Positions 34,276-43,772 of a stretch of 55,467 nt of DNA are shown here, piece by piece (the first letter of the stretch is position 1; every line of letters begins with the position of its first letter). The position numbers were made by a program, and so were the translations under genes. The stretch is taken from the IMG/VR virus record IMGVR_UViG_3300027732_000027, positions 1 through 55,467 of that record. One strand, given 5' to 3'. The DNA comes from a virus (Duplodnaviria; Caudoviricetes). The notes under the pieces were generated by a model, which saw only the letters and a program-made list of their open reading frames with translations, was not told the DNA's origin and ran no database searches.

Positions 34276-34689
34276 TTACGCTCCTTTAGTCATGTTATTA
34301 ATTAACTTATTCAATTCAGCAGTGCTACCTACAAAGATAGCATTGTTTGTAACCTGTTTAGCTTTTTCAGCTTTAGATGGTTCATCTAATTTTTGTTTTT
34401 GAGAATGTAGATCTAACAATTGTTGATTAATATCTGCCAATTGTTTCATCAAATTTCCAACAACTTCAAATGCTCTCGGATGCTCAGACTGCATAGCCAC
34501 ATCAAGTGACTTTTGTAGTGCTTCTTGCCCTTGCTGAAGTAAAATACGAAGATTGTTTCGAGTGATATCGAAATCATCTTGAATTCTATTTGTAGAGTCG
34601 TTAATAACTTCTCCAGTCTTTGTTATCACTTCAGTTTTGCCCATTGGTTGAATACCAAACTCGGCAGATAATGTGTCATCAATTTTCAT
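34276..34689 (-). CDS. gp16: Terminase small subunit (gp16-like)
   Basis: DF...R.NL, SEHPRAFEV, TNNAIFVGSTAEL. Confidence 0.82.
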   Translation of the reverse strand: MKIDDTLSAEFGIQPMGKTEVITKTGEVINDSTNRIQDDFDITRNNLRILLQQGQEALQKSLDVAMQSEHPRAFEVVGNLMKQLADINQQLLDLHSQKQKLDEPSKAEKAKQVTNNAIFVGSTAELNKLINNMTKGA

Positions 34690-34699
34690 TATATTTTAT

Positions 34700-35353
34700 T
34701 TAAAAAGTTTTAGGGTTTAAGTCATCAAATGGTAATCCATATGCAGGGTCTCCTGTTTCATAAACTGAGCTGTCATAACCAGAAAAATTATCAACAAACT
34801 CTTGAATATCATTAGTAGTGACTATTTCTTCAGTTGGTAACTGTGCTTTTGCAGAAGTTTCAAAATACTTATACTGCATTGTTATTGACAGTTTCATAAC
34901 GTCTTTAGAAGCATAATCTAATTGAACAGCACCCATAGTTTTAGGATAACATTCAAATAGTTTTACTTCATATTGTGTGCTATCATTTAAGTCTTGAACA
35001 TTAATTACCATATCACAAATATAGTCATCATAATAATTAAATGTTCTTGTGGTAGGATCTTGAATATATGACATCCACTTATCAAAAAGAAGTTTAACTT
35101 TCATATTAGTATCTACATAAAAAGACATACTAATATCACCAAATAGTTTTTCGTAAGGAACTTCTCTAAATTCACCAAATGTTCTATTTTGAATAGTAGA
35201 AAAGTTTAAACTTGGAAGTTGAACTTGATCACAATATAGCAGAACTTGCTGAGCATCTCTTTTCTGTAATGGCGGATTAAAAAATACACTATATCTATTA
35301 GTTCTGGCCAAACCACTAGATTTAACATTAGCGATAAATTGATCTAGGCTCAT
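34700..35353 (-). CDS. Baseplate tail-tube initiator (gp54/gp19-like)
   Basis: GLARTNRY.V, C..V.LP, F..W, L.E.YP...V.L. Confidence 0.8.
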   Translation of the reverse strand: MSLDQFIANVKSSGLARTNRYSVFFNPPLQKRDAQQVLLYCDQVQLPSLNFSTIQNRTFGEFREVPYEKLFGDISMSFYVDTNMKVKLLFDKWMSYIQDPTTRTFNYYDDYICDMVINVQDLNDSTQYEVKLFECYPKTMGAVQLDYASKDVMKLSITMQYKYFETSAKAQLPTEEIVTTNDIQEFVDNFSGYDSSVYETGDPAYGLPFDDLNPKTF

Positions 35354-35955
35354 TTGGACTTCCTAATTAGTTTTCTGGAATCTGTCCAGATTTCTTGTTT
35401 ACTCGCACCAACGAATACTTCAACTGGCAACAACATAGCAGTTGCCCAATTACTAGATTCTACTTGCCTAAATTGTGTTTTAACATGACTCATTAAATAC
35501 TGTTTAACACAAGGTTTCGCAGCAGCATATTTAGAAACACCATCGATAGTTGCCCACGAATACTTTAATTTTGTAGTGTCATCAAACAGTTTATTATTTG
35601 CAAAGATTAACAAACTATCTAACAGTTGGATTCTTAATGCATATGGTAAATAGTGCATATTCAATCCAATAAAACCATCAGGTGTTTTACGAAACGGAAA
35701 TACCAACGGAAACCTATCATAGTAAGGTAGTTCGGCTTTTGTTTTTGGATCGTATCCAAACATGTATAAACTTCCAGGGCGAACAGTACTAACTAACTGA
35801 TTAGGATTACCATTTAATACTCTAGGTGGAGTTAGCCCTTGTTTAGTTATAAGTAAGACTTGCTGCTCGAACCAAGCACGACTCTTTAACATTACAGTTT
35901 TTAAGTCATACTGGTTACGTTCAAAAACGTCTAGTAAAGGTGATTTTTTAGCCAT
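35350..35955 (-). CDS. gp2: DNA end protector (gp2-like)
   Basis: YDPKTK..LPYYD.FPLV, GLN.HYL, PCVK.YL. Confidence 0.92.
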   Translation of the reverse strand: MAKKSPLLDVFERNQYDLKTVMLKSRAWFEQQVLLITKQGLTPPRVLNGNPNQLVSTVRPGSLYMFGYDPKTKAELPYYDRFPLVFPFRKTPDGFIGLNMHYLPYALRIQLLDSLLIFANNKLFDDTTKLKYSWATIDGVSKYAAAKPCVKQYLMSHVKTQFRQVESSNWATAMLLPVEVFVGASKQEIWTDSRKLIRKSK

Positions 35956-35959
35956 AATA

Positions 35960-36391
35960 CTATTTAGGTGTTAGTCCTAACTCGTGTTCTGTTATGATCT
36001 TAAACTCCCATCCACGATCACGTGCATAGTTAGTTGCAGCTTCCCATTTGGCTTGATTTTTCATATAAGTTAATGATTCTACTAAGTACCGATTAGTTCT
36101 TTTTCCAGGATACTCAGGCAATTGAGTTTGTTTATAAGGTTTCACTTCTATTAAATAAGTTTTACCAGTCTTAAGTAACATCTTAAAATCTACAAAATAA
36201 CGATGTATATGATTGTCTGTTGGACAACGATACGGAATAATAGTTTCTTCGGAAGACCACCTTAAAACACTAGGATTTTTGTCACACCAAGATGCAAACA
36301 TAGTTTCCCATGAAGACCTCATTATTATATTAGTTGGGTCTCCAGTGTATTTTTCTGGAAATAATGGGATGTACTTTCTTTTATGGAACAT
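35960..36391 (-). CDS. gp4: Head completion nuclease (gp4-like)
   Basis: KY.GD..I..RSSWE, W.SEE, HRYF.DF, EVKP, NQAKW. Confidence 0.93.
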   Translation of the reverse strand: MFHKRKYIPLFPEKYTGDPTNIIMRSSWETMFASWCDKNPSVLRWSSEETIIPYRCPTDNHIHRYFVDFKMLLKTGKTYLIEVKPYKQTQLPEYPGKRTNRYLVESLTYMKNQAKWEAATNYARDRGWEFKIITEHELGLTPK

Positions 36392-36427
36392 AAATAAGTG
36401 AATAGGAAGAATTAACCTTTATTTAGG
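36389..36427. promoter_or_regulatory. Divergent late promoters for gp48 (+) and gp4 (-)
   Basis: CATAAATA at 36389 on +; CCTAAATA on - at 36420-36427; CCTAAATA also before gp2 (35961-35968, -) and gp25 (43366). Confidence 0.7.
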
Positions 36428-36440
36428 TAAAAGGATCAAA

Positions 36441-37520
36441 ATGGCTGTGTACACACCAAAACCAAAAGCTGATAATCTTTATTCAACAAGAGGTGCACCA
36501 ACAGCATTTGAACGAGATGAAACCAATTCTCAGTATAAAACACAAAACTACATGTATCCAAATGACTTATTTGCTTCTGATGGTCGTTATGGTGGAAGCT
36601 ATGCTATATTCTACATTAATGTGAATATAGATTCTAAATTAGGAAAAGAGATAGGGGATGATTTTGTAAAAAACATACCACCTAGAGATCAAGGTGATTT
36701 TATCGCACAAGATCTAAATAAAATACAATTATTTGCAGCCAATGCTACCCTTAATGCTGGCGGTGCGCTGTTGGGTAATGCATTAGGTATTGGTGGTGCT
36801 TCTGCAGCTGCAGCTGCACTAGGAACAGTTGGTGCTGGTGCAGCAGCTAACTATGCTGCTTCTGCCAGTCGCAAACAGAAAAGATTAAAAACTGCAATTG
36901 CATTACATATCCCAAATCAACTTCAAATACGCTACGGAATGCAGTACAGTGAAGAAGATACATTAGCAATGGCTATGGCTTCAACAGGTATTGACGAACT
37001 TCTTAAAGCAACTCTTGGTGGTGGTAAAATTAAAGATCTCGGGGATCCTGTTCAGGCTGCAGTAACAAATCTAGCTTTATCTAAAGGTCCAGGGGCTGGG
37101 GCGATGTCAAACGCAACTGGATTAGCAGCAAACCCTAAAAAAGAACAAGTTTTTAAAGGTGTAGATTTTAGAACATTTCAATTTGATTATCAGTTTTTTC
37201 CAAGAACTGCAGATGAAGCATTGAATGTTAAAAGAATTTTATATGAATTCAAGTATCATATGCATCCAGAGTTTAAAGATGCTAACAACTTTGTCTACAT
37301 ATATCCAAGTGAATTTGATGTTTTCTATTATCAAGGTGGATTAGAAAATCCAAACTTACATCGACATACAAGTTGTGTGCTACAAGATATGACTATCAAC
37401 TATACTCCGAATGGTAACTTTACTACTTTTGATAATGGCATGCCGACACAAATCAATGTAACACTAAACTTTAGAGAACTTGCACTCCTTACTAAAGATA
37501 AAATCAAGGATGGTCTATAA
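36441..37520 (+). CDS. gp48: Baseplate tail-tube cap (gp48-like)
   Basis: NP..EQ.F.G..FR.F.F.Y.F.PR...E, CVL....NYTP. Confidence 0.88.
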   Translation: MAVYTPKPKADNLYSTRGAPTAFERDETNSQYKTQNYMYPNDLFASDGRYGGSYAIFYINVNIDSKLGKEIGDDFVKNIPPRDQGDFIAQDLNKIQLFAANATLNAGGALLGNALGIGGASAAAAALGTVGAGAAANYAASASRKQKRLKTAIALHIPNQLQIRYGMQYSEEDTLAMAMASTGIDELLKATLGGGKIKDLGDPVQAAVTNLALSKGPGAGAMSNATGLAANPKKEQVFKGVDFRTFQFDYQFFPRTADEALNVKRILYEFKYHMHPEFKDANNFVYIYPSEFDVFYYQGGLENPNLHRHTSCVLQDMTINYTPNGNFTTFDNGMPTQINVTLNFRELALLTKDKIKDGL

Positions 37521-38251
37521 TGTACTTTAAAGAGTTTCCACAATTTTTATATGACTTTAAATATAATGATTATGAGACAAGAACCTCAATTGTAAAAGAC
37601 ATTACACGAAATGTTCGCTTTCGTAAGGAAGTCTTAGAAAACATTTCTGTGTACGATACATATGATATTGTCGATGGTGAAACACCAGAAATTATTGCAG
37701 AAAAGATTTATGGTAATCCAGAATATCATTGGATCATCATGTTGGCAAACCAGCGTTTTGATTATATAACAGACTTTCCATTGGCAGAACCACAATTAAT
37801 TAAAGTAGCTGAAGATGTTTTTAATCCAGCATTTACTGCTACTAGTTTGACGTATAGTGGTACTACAATTACAGTTACTGCACCACTTCATGGATTATTA
37901 GTATCACCATCGACTTCAGTTACATTATCAGGTGTCACTGCTTCTACTAATGCACCAAATGGTACATACATGATAACCTCTTCTACGATAAATACATTTA
38001 CATTCACAGCCAACTCTACCCCAACTGGTACTATTGGTGGCACTATTAATGTTAAATCTACTGGTGTTGAAAATTATATACACCATTATGTTAATGCTGC
38101 TGGATATATTGTAATGTCAACTGCTGCTGGTGCTAGTTCAGTAACTAACATACAATTTTTTAGAGATAAAAATGAAGAGAAGCGCAGAATAAAAATTATC
38201 TCTCCGAGGATTGTTGAAACTGTTCTTAGAGATTACAAAGATTTACTATAA
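37520..38251 (+). CDS. gp53: Baseplate wedge subunit (gp53-like) with inserted beta-rich domain
   Basis: YF..FP, DGETPE.IA..YG..HWII, NE.KR.I.I. Confidence 0.88.
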   Translation: MYFKEFPQFLYDFKYNDYETRTSIVKDITRNVRFRKEVLENISVYDTYDIVDGETPEIIAEKIYGNPEYHWIIMLANQRFDYITDFPLAEPQLIKVAEDVFNPAFTATSLTYSGTTITVTAPLHGLLVSPSTSVTLSGVTASTNAPNGTYMITSSTINTFTFTANSTPTGTIGGTINVKSTGVENYIHHYVNAAGYIVMSTAAGASSVTNIQFFRDKNEEKRRIKIISPRIVETVLRDYKDLL

Positions 38252-39528
38252 TGAAATCTAGTGAAGTATTAAGATTTGCTGGCGATGTCAGTATTGATAA
38301 AGTTAGGATAATAACTGAAAAAGGTTTTTATCAAGATGTCAGTGCGCAAGTAATAAATGTACAGGTTTATGAAGATATATTTTCACCATTTATTACTGGC
38401 AGTTTAATTTTAAAAGACTCTCTTGATTTAGTTAATTTGTTCCCATTTATTGGTGAAGAATATCTTGAATTAGAAATAAGCACTCCTACTCTTGAACAAT
38501 TTAACATTAAAGGTAGATACTATATTTACAAAATGAGTAACAGAGAAATGACTGGAGATAAATCTGTTGTTTACCAATTACATTTTATTTCAGTAGAAGC
38601 TGTTGTTGATTTAAATAAAAAAATTAGTCGTGTATTTGCAGACAGAATATCAAAATTAATTGAACCATTCATTAAAGACAAAACATTTGGTCTTGAATCT
38701 GATAAAAATGTTTTTGTTGAAGACACACTTAATAACTCTAAATATATTTCTAATTATTGGACTCCAATACAAAATATTATGTACTTGGTGTTTTCATCAA
38801 TCAATACAAATAAATCACCAAACTATGTGTTTTTTGAAAATCGTGATGGTTTTTACTTTATAAGTTTAGAATCACTTTATACTAATGCAGTGTCGCAAAA
38901 GTTTGTTTACGACAAATATACAAGAGATGATATTCCACTTGGTGGAAGTGTAAGAAATACAGAAAAAGATTATCAACGTATTCTTGATATTAGTATACCA
39001 ACTGTATTTGATTATATGGATCGTATTCGTTCGGGGATGTTATCATCTAGACAAGTATCTTATGATGTAACAAAAAAAACATATACTGCTAAAAACTATA
39101 ATATGTTCCAGCGTTTTGAACAACAAAAACACTTAAATGAATTTCCAATTAATTCAGATAGTAGTACCTTTAGATCCAATTCAAAAATTATTAATCTTCC
39201 TAAAAACTTTGGAAACTTCAATGGTTTTGGTGATGTTACTTATGCAAAATCTAATCAAGAACGAAATTCATTGATGAAATTGGCAGAAGCTAACAAGATT
39301 AGTATTACAGTTCCAGGTAGATGTGATTATACTGTTGGACAAAAAATTAACTTAGATCTTAAAAGAATTGAACCCTTGTCTAAAAAAGACGGAGATACCA
39401 CAGACAAAATGTTTTCTGGTAACTATATTATTGCAGCTATTAATCATTATGTTGATAGAGAAAAACATGAATGCAATATGGAAATTATTAAAGAAACATC
39501 TATGATGAATATGAACGGAACACGATAA
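38251..39528 (+). CDS. Baseplate hub / tail protein (gp27-like)
   Basis: YED.F.PF.TG, P.IGEE, FFEN..GF.F.S, VPG...VG, SG.Y.I. Confidence 0.75.
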   Translation: MKSSEVLRFAGDVSIDKVRIITEKGFYQDVSAQVINVQVYEDIFSPFITGSLILKDSLDLVNLFPFIGEEYLELEISTPTLEQFNIKGRYYIYKMSNREMTGDKSVVYQLHFISVEAVVDLNKKISRVFADRISKLIEPFIKDKTFGLESDKNVFVEDTLNNSKYISNYWTPIQNIMYLVFSSINTNKSPNYVFFENRDGFYFISLESLYTNAVSQKFVYDKYTRDDIPLGGSVRNTEKDYQRILDISIPTVFDYMDRIRSGMLSSRQVSYDVTKKTYTAKNYNMFQRFEQQKHLNEFPINSDSSTFRSNSKIINLPKNFGNFNGFGDVTYAKSNQERNSLMKLAEANKISITVPGRCDYTVGQKINLDLKRIEPLSKKDGDTTDKMFSGNYIIAAINHYVDREKHECNMEIIKETSMMNMNGTR

Positions 39529-42500
39529 TGAATTTTTACTATGGTATTGTAGAAAATAGAAGTGATCCACTAAGACTTGGCAGATGTCAAGTGCGTATAG
39601 TAGGTTTGCACACGCATGATAAATCACAACTACCTACTGCAGATCTTCCATGGGCAGTTGCTGTTCAACCAGTAACTTCTGCTGCAATGAACGGTATCGG
39701 ACATACTCCGATTGGTCCAGTAGAAGGCACGACTGTAATTATTATCTTTGCAGATGAAGATCAGCAACAACCAATCATGATGGGAACTGTTGGTGGTATT
39801 CCAAATACACCTGTTCCTGTAGACAAATCTGATGATGGTCCAATTACTACAGGAAGTAAAACAGAAGCTGTACAAATAAGAACAATCCCTGGACCAACTT
39901 CTGGAAAACAATTGACATTGTATGATCCAGAAACTGGTAATACTAATTTAACTTCAGGACTAAAAGCTAACATGAAAGTGCTGGCTTTTGGTATTCCAGC
40001 AGAAACATTTATTGTTTCTATTGATAGTGGTACGCAAATTACAATTAGTTATTCTGTTGTTGATTATGTTGAAAATATTCTTAAATTTGAAGATCCACCA
40101 ACTAACTTAGAAGCAGTTACTCAAAGTAAAGTAAATGTACTAACAGATGGATCTGGTAATGTAGTAACATCTGGGGATGGTACACCTGTAACAACAGGAA
40201 CAACTAGTGAAGAAGTAAAACCAACATCAACTAATACTGCAATACCAACAATACCACCTGCAAAATCATCTCCTAATCCAACAAAATCTACTGAAGGCAT
40301 TAAAGCATTAATTGCTGCATGTGATAAAGTAGGGTTGACAACCAAAGAACAAAAGTGTGCTCTGTTAGGTATCGCTGGTGGTGAATCTAGATGGATACCT
40401 CAATTAGAAAGTTTTAACTACAGCGAAAGTAGATTAAAACAAATTTATTCATTTGCTACACCAGAAGATATAGCCACATATTCAAATGCCTCAAAAAAGG
40501 GTATGACAAGAGCGGAGTTTTTCTCATGGGCATATGGACCAACAAAACGTGGTAAAGGTTTTTTAGGAAATCTTACTGATGCAGATGGTGGTAAATATTT
40601 TGGTCGTGGATTTATTCAGTTAACTGGTCGTGGTAACTATAAACGATATCAAAATCTTGCTAATGCAACTGGACTAAGTTTAGATATTATTAATAATCCT
40701 GATTCTTTAGATACGGACATTAATGTTTCTGCACTAGTTGCTGCGCTGTATATTAAAGACAGAGTAAAGGGTGTTACTTCAAGCAAACATCCAGACTTCT
40801 TTCTTGCTGCTAAAAAAGCAGTTGGTGTTAATTCTCCAGACATCTCTGCACTAAAATTATCATATTATGAATACTTCTACGGTAAAGCATCAACTGGTGG
40901 AGTTGAAAAAGATGCTGGCTCTCCACCAGCAGAACCACCAAAAGATGGCGATGATTCTACTCCAAGACCATCCCAAAAGAGTATTGAATCTGGGTCATTC
41001 ACAACAGGATTTAGAGATCCAAATAACAAATATCCACTAAGTGAGTATATTGGTGAACCAGACACAAACAGATTAGCTCGTGGTATTATTGATGGTACTA
41101 TTGTTGCAAAAAAAGATGCAGTACGTGCACGTGGTATTCCAAAAGCACTAGATCTTGGTTCTTGGGACCAACCTGAAGCAACTTTTGGTGCACAATATCC
41201 ATTCAATAAAGTATTTGAAACTGAATCAGGACATGTGCAAGAGTTTGACGATACTCCAGGATATGAAAGAATTAACACATATCATCGTTCAGGAACATTT
41301 TCTGAAATAGACCCAATGGGTACACAAGTAAACTATATTGTTGGTGATAACTTTGTGTTAATGGAAAAAAATGGATGTATACATGTATCAGGTGAATTAA
41401 ATATTACTGTTGATGGTACTGCAAATATCTACTCTAGAACAGATGCTAATATTCAGGTTGAACAAAATGCTAACATTAAAGTTGGAAATAATGCAGACAT
41501 TGGTGTAGCTACTGACTTAACAATAGCTGTTGGTGGCGACATGAAAGTTAAAGTTGCTGGAGATTATTCTATTCAAGCAGCAAACATTTATACTAAATCA
41601 GATGGAGTATCCAATACACAAGCTGTTGGTGCTCTAAGTATTAAAGGTGCTGAAACAAATATTGAATCTGAGGGTGATGCAAATTATCTAAGTGGTGGAA
41701 CCACCAGTATGGATTATTCACAAGGACAGTTTGGTAATGGTGCTGCTGGAGCAACTGATGTTGAAGATGTTCCGTTAGTTCCACCAGTTCTTGGTGATCC
41801 ACTTAATCCTGTTGTTCCATTTTCTATACCACCAGAAAGACAAATTGAAGAAAAAACTACAGCTGAAACTCCTGATGATTATGACACGCCAGAAGGTCGT
41901 GCAGCATCTGCTCAGCAAGCTAGAACTGAGGGTGTAGTTGGTGCTCCAGACCCAAGTGCTTCAGAAGAAGCTGCAGCTATTACTAAACCATCTGCTAATG
42001 CCAAAGAAGTTGACGTAGATACAAGTATTATTAAATCTACACGAGAATTTACAAATGATTATCGTTTGTCTAAAAACTTTACACTAGGCATGTTGATTGA
42101 TGGTGGTGTCGGTGGTAAACATAAACTTGTTAACCAGATGCTTAGAGAAACTAAAGAAGGTCCAGAAATACTATTTACTGTACAAGATATTGTTTCTAAT
42201 TTAGCATTCACTGCGCAAAATTTACTTGAACCTGCTCTTGAGGCTCTTCCAGGTGGTATTGGTGGATATAAAACTCAATGGAGGATTAATTCTGGGTATC
42301 GCCTTCGTGGTCTTGTAGCAAATGAATCTGCCACTTCAGATCATTGTAAAGGCAGGGCAGTAGATATTGGTATCTTATTACCAAACAAAGGGCAAAAAAC
42401 ATATGAATATGTTCAGTTGTTAGAAAAGATACTGCCATACGATCAAATTATTCTTGAATATCGTTACCCAGAATCTATCTGGATTCATATGAGTTATAAA

Positions 42501-42620
42501 GCTAAAGGTACAAGAAAGATGGCATTTACAATGGTGAATGACAGAACTTATAAAAGAGATTCAAAGGGATTTCCTGCTGGATTTGTACTTATTGACAACA
42601 TACCACCAAAATCAGCATAA
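39528..42620 (+). CDS. gp5: Baseplate central spike (gp5-like) with GH19 and peptidase M15 domains
   Basis: OB-fold G.VE.R.DP..LGR..VR, YP.N.V.ETESGH..E.DDTP; internal GRGFIQLTG; C-terminal SGYR..SDH..G.AVD..WIH. Confidence 0.9.
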   Translation: MNFYYGIVENRSDPLRLGRCQVRIVGLHTHDKSQLPTADLPWAVAVQPVTSAAMNGIGHTPIGPVEGTTVIIIFADEDQQQPIMMGTVGGIPNTPVPVDKSDDGPITTGSKTEAVQIRTIPGPTSGKQLTLYDPETGNTNLTSGLKANMKVLAFGIPAETFIVSIDSGTQITISYSVVDYVENILKFEDPPTNLEAVTQSKVNVLTDGSGNVVTSGDGTPVTTGTTSEEVKPTSTNTAIPTIPPAKSSPNPTKSTEGIKALIAACDKVGLTTKEQKCALLGIAGGESRWIPQLESFNYSESRLKQIYSFATPEDIATYSNASKKGMTRAEFFSWAYGPTKRGKGFLGNLTDADGGKYFGRGFIQLTGRGNYKRYQNLANATGLSLDIINNPDSLDTDINVSALVAALYIKDRVKGVTSSKHPDFFLAAKKAVGVNSPDISALKLSYYEYFYGKASTGGVEKDAGSPPAEPPKDGDDSTPRPSQKSIESGSFTTGFRDPNNKYPLSEYIGEPDTNRLARGIIDGTIVAKKDAVRARGIPKALDLGSWDQPEATFGAQYPFNKVFETESGHVQEFDDTPGYERINTYHRSGTFSEIDPMGTQVNYIVGDNFVLMEKNGCIHVSGELNITVDGTANIYSRTDANIQVEQNANIKVGNNADIGVATDLTIAVGGDMKVKVAGDYSIQAANIYTKSDGVSNTQAVGALSIKGAETNIESEGDANYLSGGTTSMDYSQGQFGNGAAGATDVEDVPLVPPVLGDPLNPVVPFSIPPERQIEEKTTAETPDDYDTPEGRAASAQQARTEGVVGAPDPSASEEAAAITKPSANAKEVDVDTSIIKSTREFTNDYRLSKNFTLGMLIDGGVGGKHKLVNQMLRETKEGPEILFTVQDIVSNLAFTAQNLLEPALEALPGGIGGYKTQWRINSGYRLRGLVANESATSDHCKGRAVDIGILLPNKGQKTYEYVQLLEKILPYDQIILEYRYPESIWIHMSYKAKGTRKMAFTMVNDRTYKRDSKGFPAGFVLIDNIPPKSA

Positions 42621-43063
42621 TGGCTTGGACTCCTTCATTAACAGATCTAGGATCAGTAAATGAGAATGTAACAATATCTCATACTATAACATATATTGAC
42701 GATATCACTGCGCTGCCTTACCCAGTTATTATAACTGTAGATCAGGTTAATCCAAATACCATTGTTATCTCTGGGAATACACTTTCTGGATACTACAAAG
42801 ACTCTTTTAATAATACTATTACATACAGAACACCAGAAGGTACTTTTCCCGTAGTTACTAGGTTTAACGAAATAGATTTAAACAACCTGTATCAAATGAT
42901 TTCATACAAGGCTAGTCCTGTTACGTCTAAGACTTTTACATATACTGCTAAAGCAATGGATGGAACTACTGTACTGAGTACTCAAGTATACAGTAAAACA
43001 GTTACCAATGACTGGACCGAAGGTAAAAATAATTTACAAACTTTTGTAGGGTATACCACATAA
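42620..43063 (+). CDS. Hypothetical structural protein
   Basis: Thr-rich ORF between gp5 and PAAR. Confidence 0.7.
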   Translation: MAWTPSLTDLGSVNENVTISHTITYIDDITALPYPVIITVDQVNPNTIVISGNTLSGYYKDSFNNTITYRTPEGTFPVVTRFNEIDLNNLYQMISYKASPVTSKTFTYTAKAMDGTTVLSTQVYSKTVTNDWTEGKNNLQTFVGYTT

Positions 43064-43365
43064 TGCCAGCCATTAGTAGGATAGGAGATATGAGTACAGG
43101 GCACGGATGTTTTGCTCCGACTGCACTTATTCAAACTCCAGTAACAAAAACTTTTTTTAATGGTAAATTAGCTTCTGTGGTCAATACAGGATGCCTTCAT
43201 GCTCCTCATGTATGTGGGGTTGTTACCCACGCTGGTGCTACAAGATCTCCAAATAGTGGAGCGAGTAAAACCTTTATAGAAGGTAATCTAGCTGCAAGAA
43301 TAGGGGATAATATTACATGCGGAGATGCAATTGCCGAAGGATCTAGTAACACTTTTGTAGAATAA
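43063..43365 (+). CDS. PAAR-like spike tip (gp5.4-like)
   Basis: R.GD..GHG, H.C...H, AARIGD...CG..IA.GS. Confidence 0.9.
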   Translation: MPAISRIGDMSTGHGCFAPTALIQTPVTKTFFNGKLASVVNTGCLHAPHVCGVVTHAGATRSPNSGASKTFIEGNLAARIGDNITCGDAIAEGSSNTFVE

Positions 43366-43379
43366 CCTAAATAAACAAT

Positions 43380-43772
43380 ATGGCAAGAAATACAAGAATC
43401 TTTTCAGATCTAGACCTTAACTTCACTAAACATCCAGTGACGGGAGACATAACTCGCCGATATGACGACAATGCTATCAAGCAGTCCATAAAGAATTTAT
43501 TATTGACCCGAAATTTTGAGAGACCATTCCACAGTGAAATTGGTTCTCCGATTCGAGCAATGTTGTTTGAAATGCCTGGACCAATGTTTACAAATATGTT
43601 GCAACGAGCAATTATTGATGTTATTAATAACTTTGAGCCAAGAGTAGAAATTTTAGGTGTCAGAGTAGATGATTCTGTGGATACTAACTCTGTTTACATA
43701 ACATTAGAATTTAAAATAGTTAATACCGAGAGACCTATAACTCTTGACCTAGCATTAGAGAGAACCCGATAA
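43380..43772 (+). CDS. gp25: Baseplate wedge subunit (gp25-like)
   Basis: DLDL.F..HP, AIKQS..NL, ERPF, FEPRV. Confidence 0.93.
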   Translation: MARNTRIFSDLDLNFTKHPVTGDITRRYDDNAIKQSIKNLLLTRNFERPFHSEIGSPIRAMLFEMPGPMFTNMLQRAIIDVINNFEPRVEILGVRVDDSVDTNSVYITLEFKIVNTERPITLDLALERTR

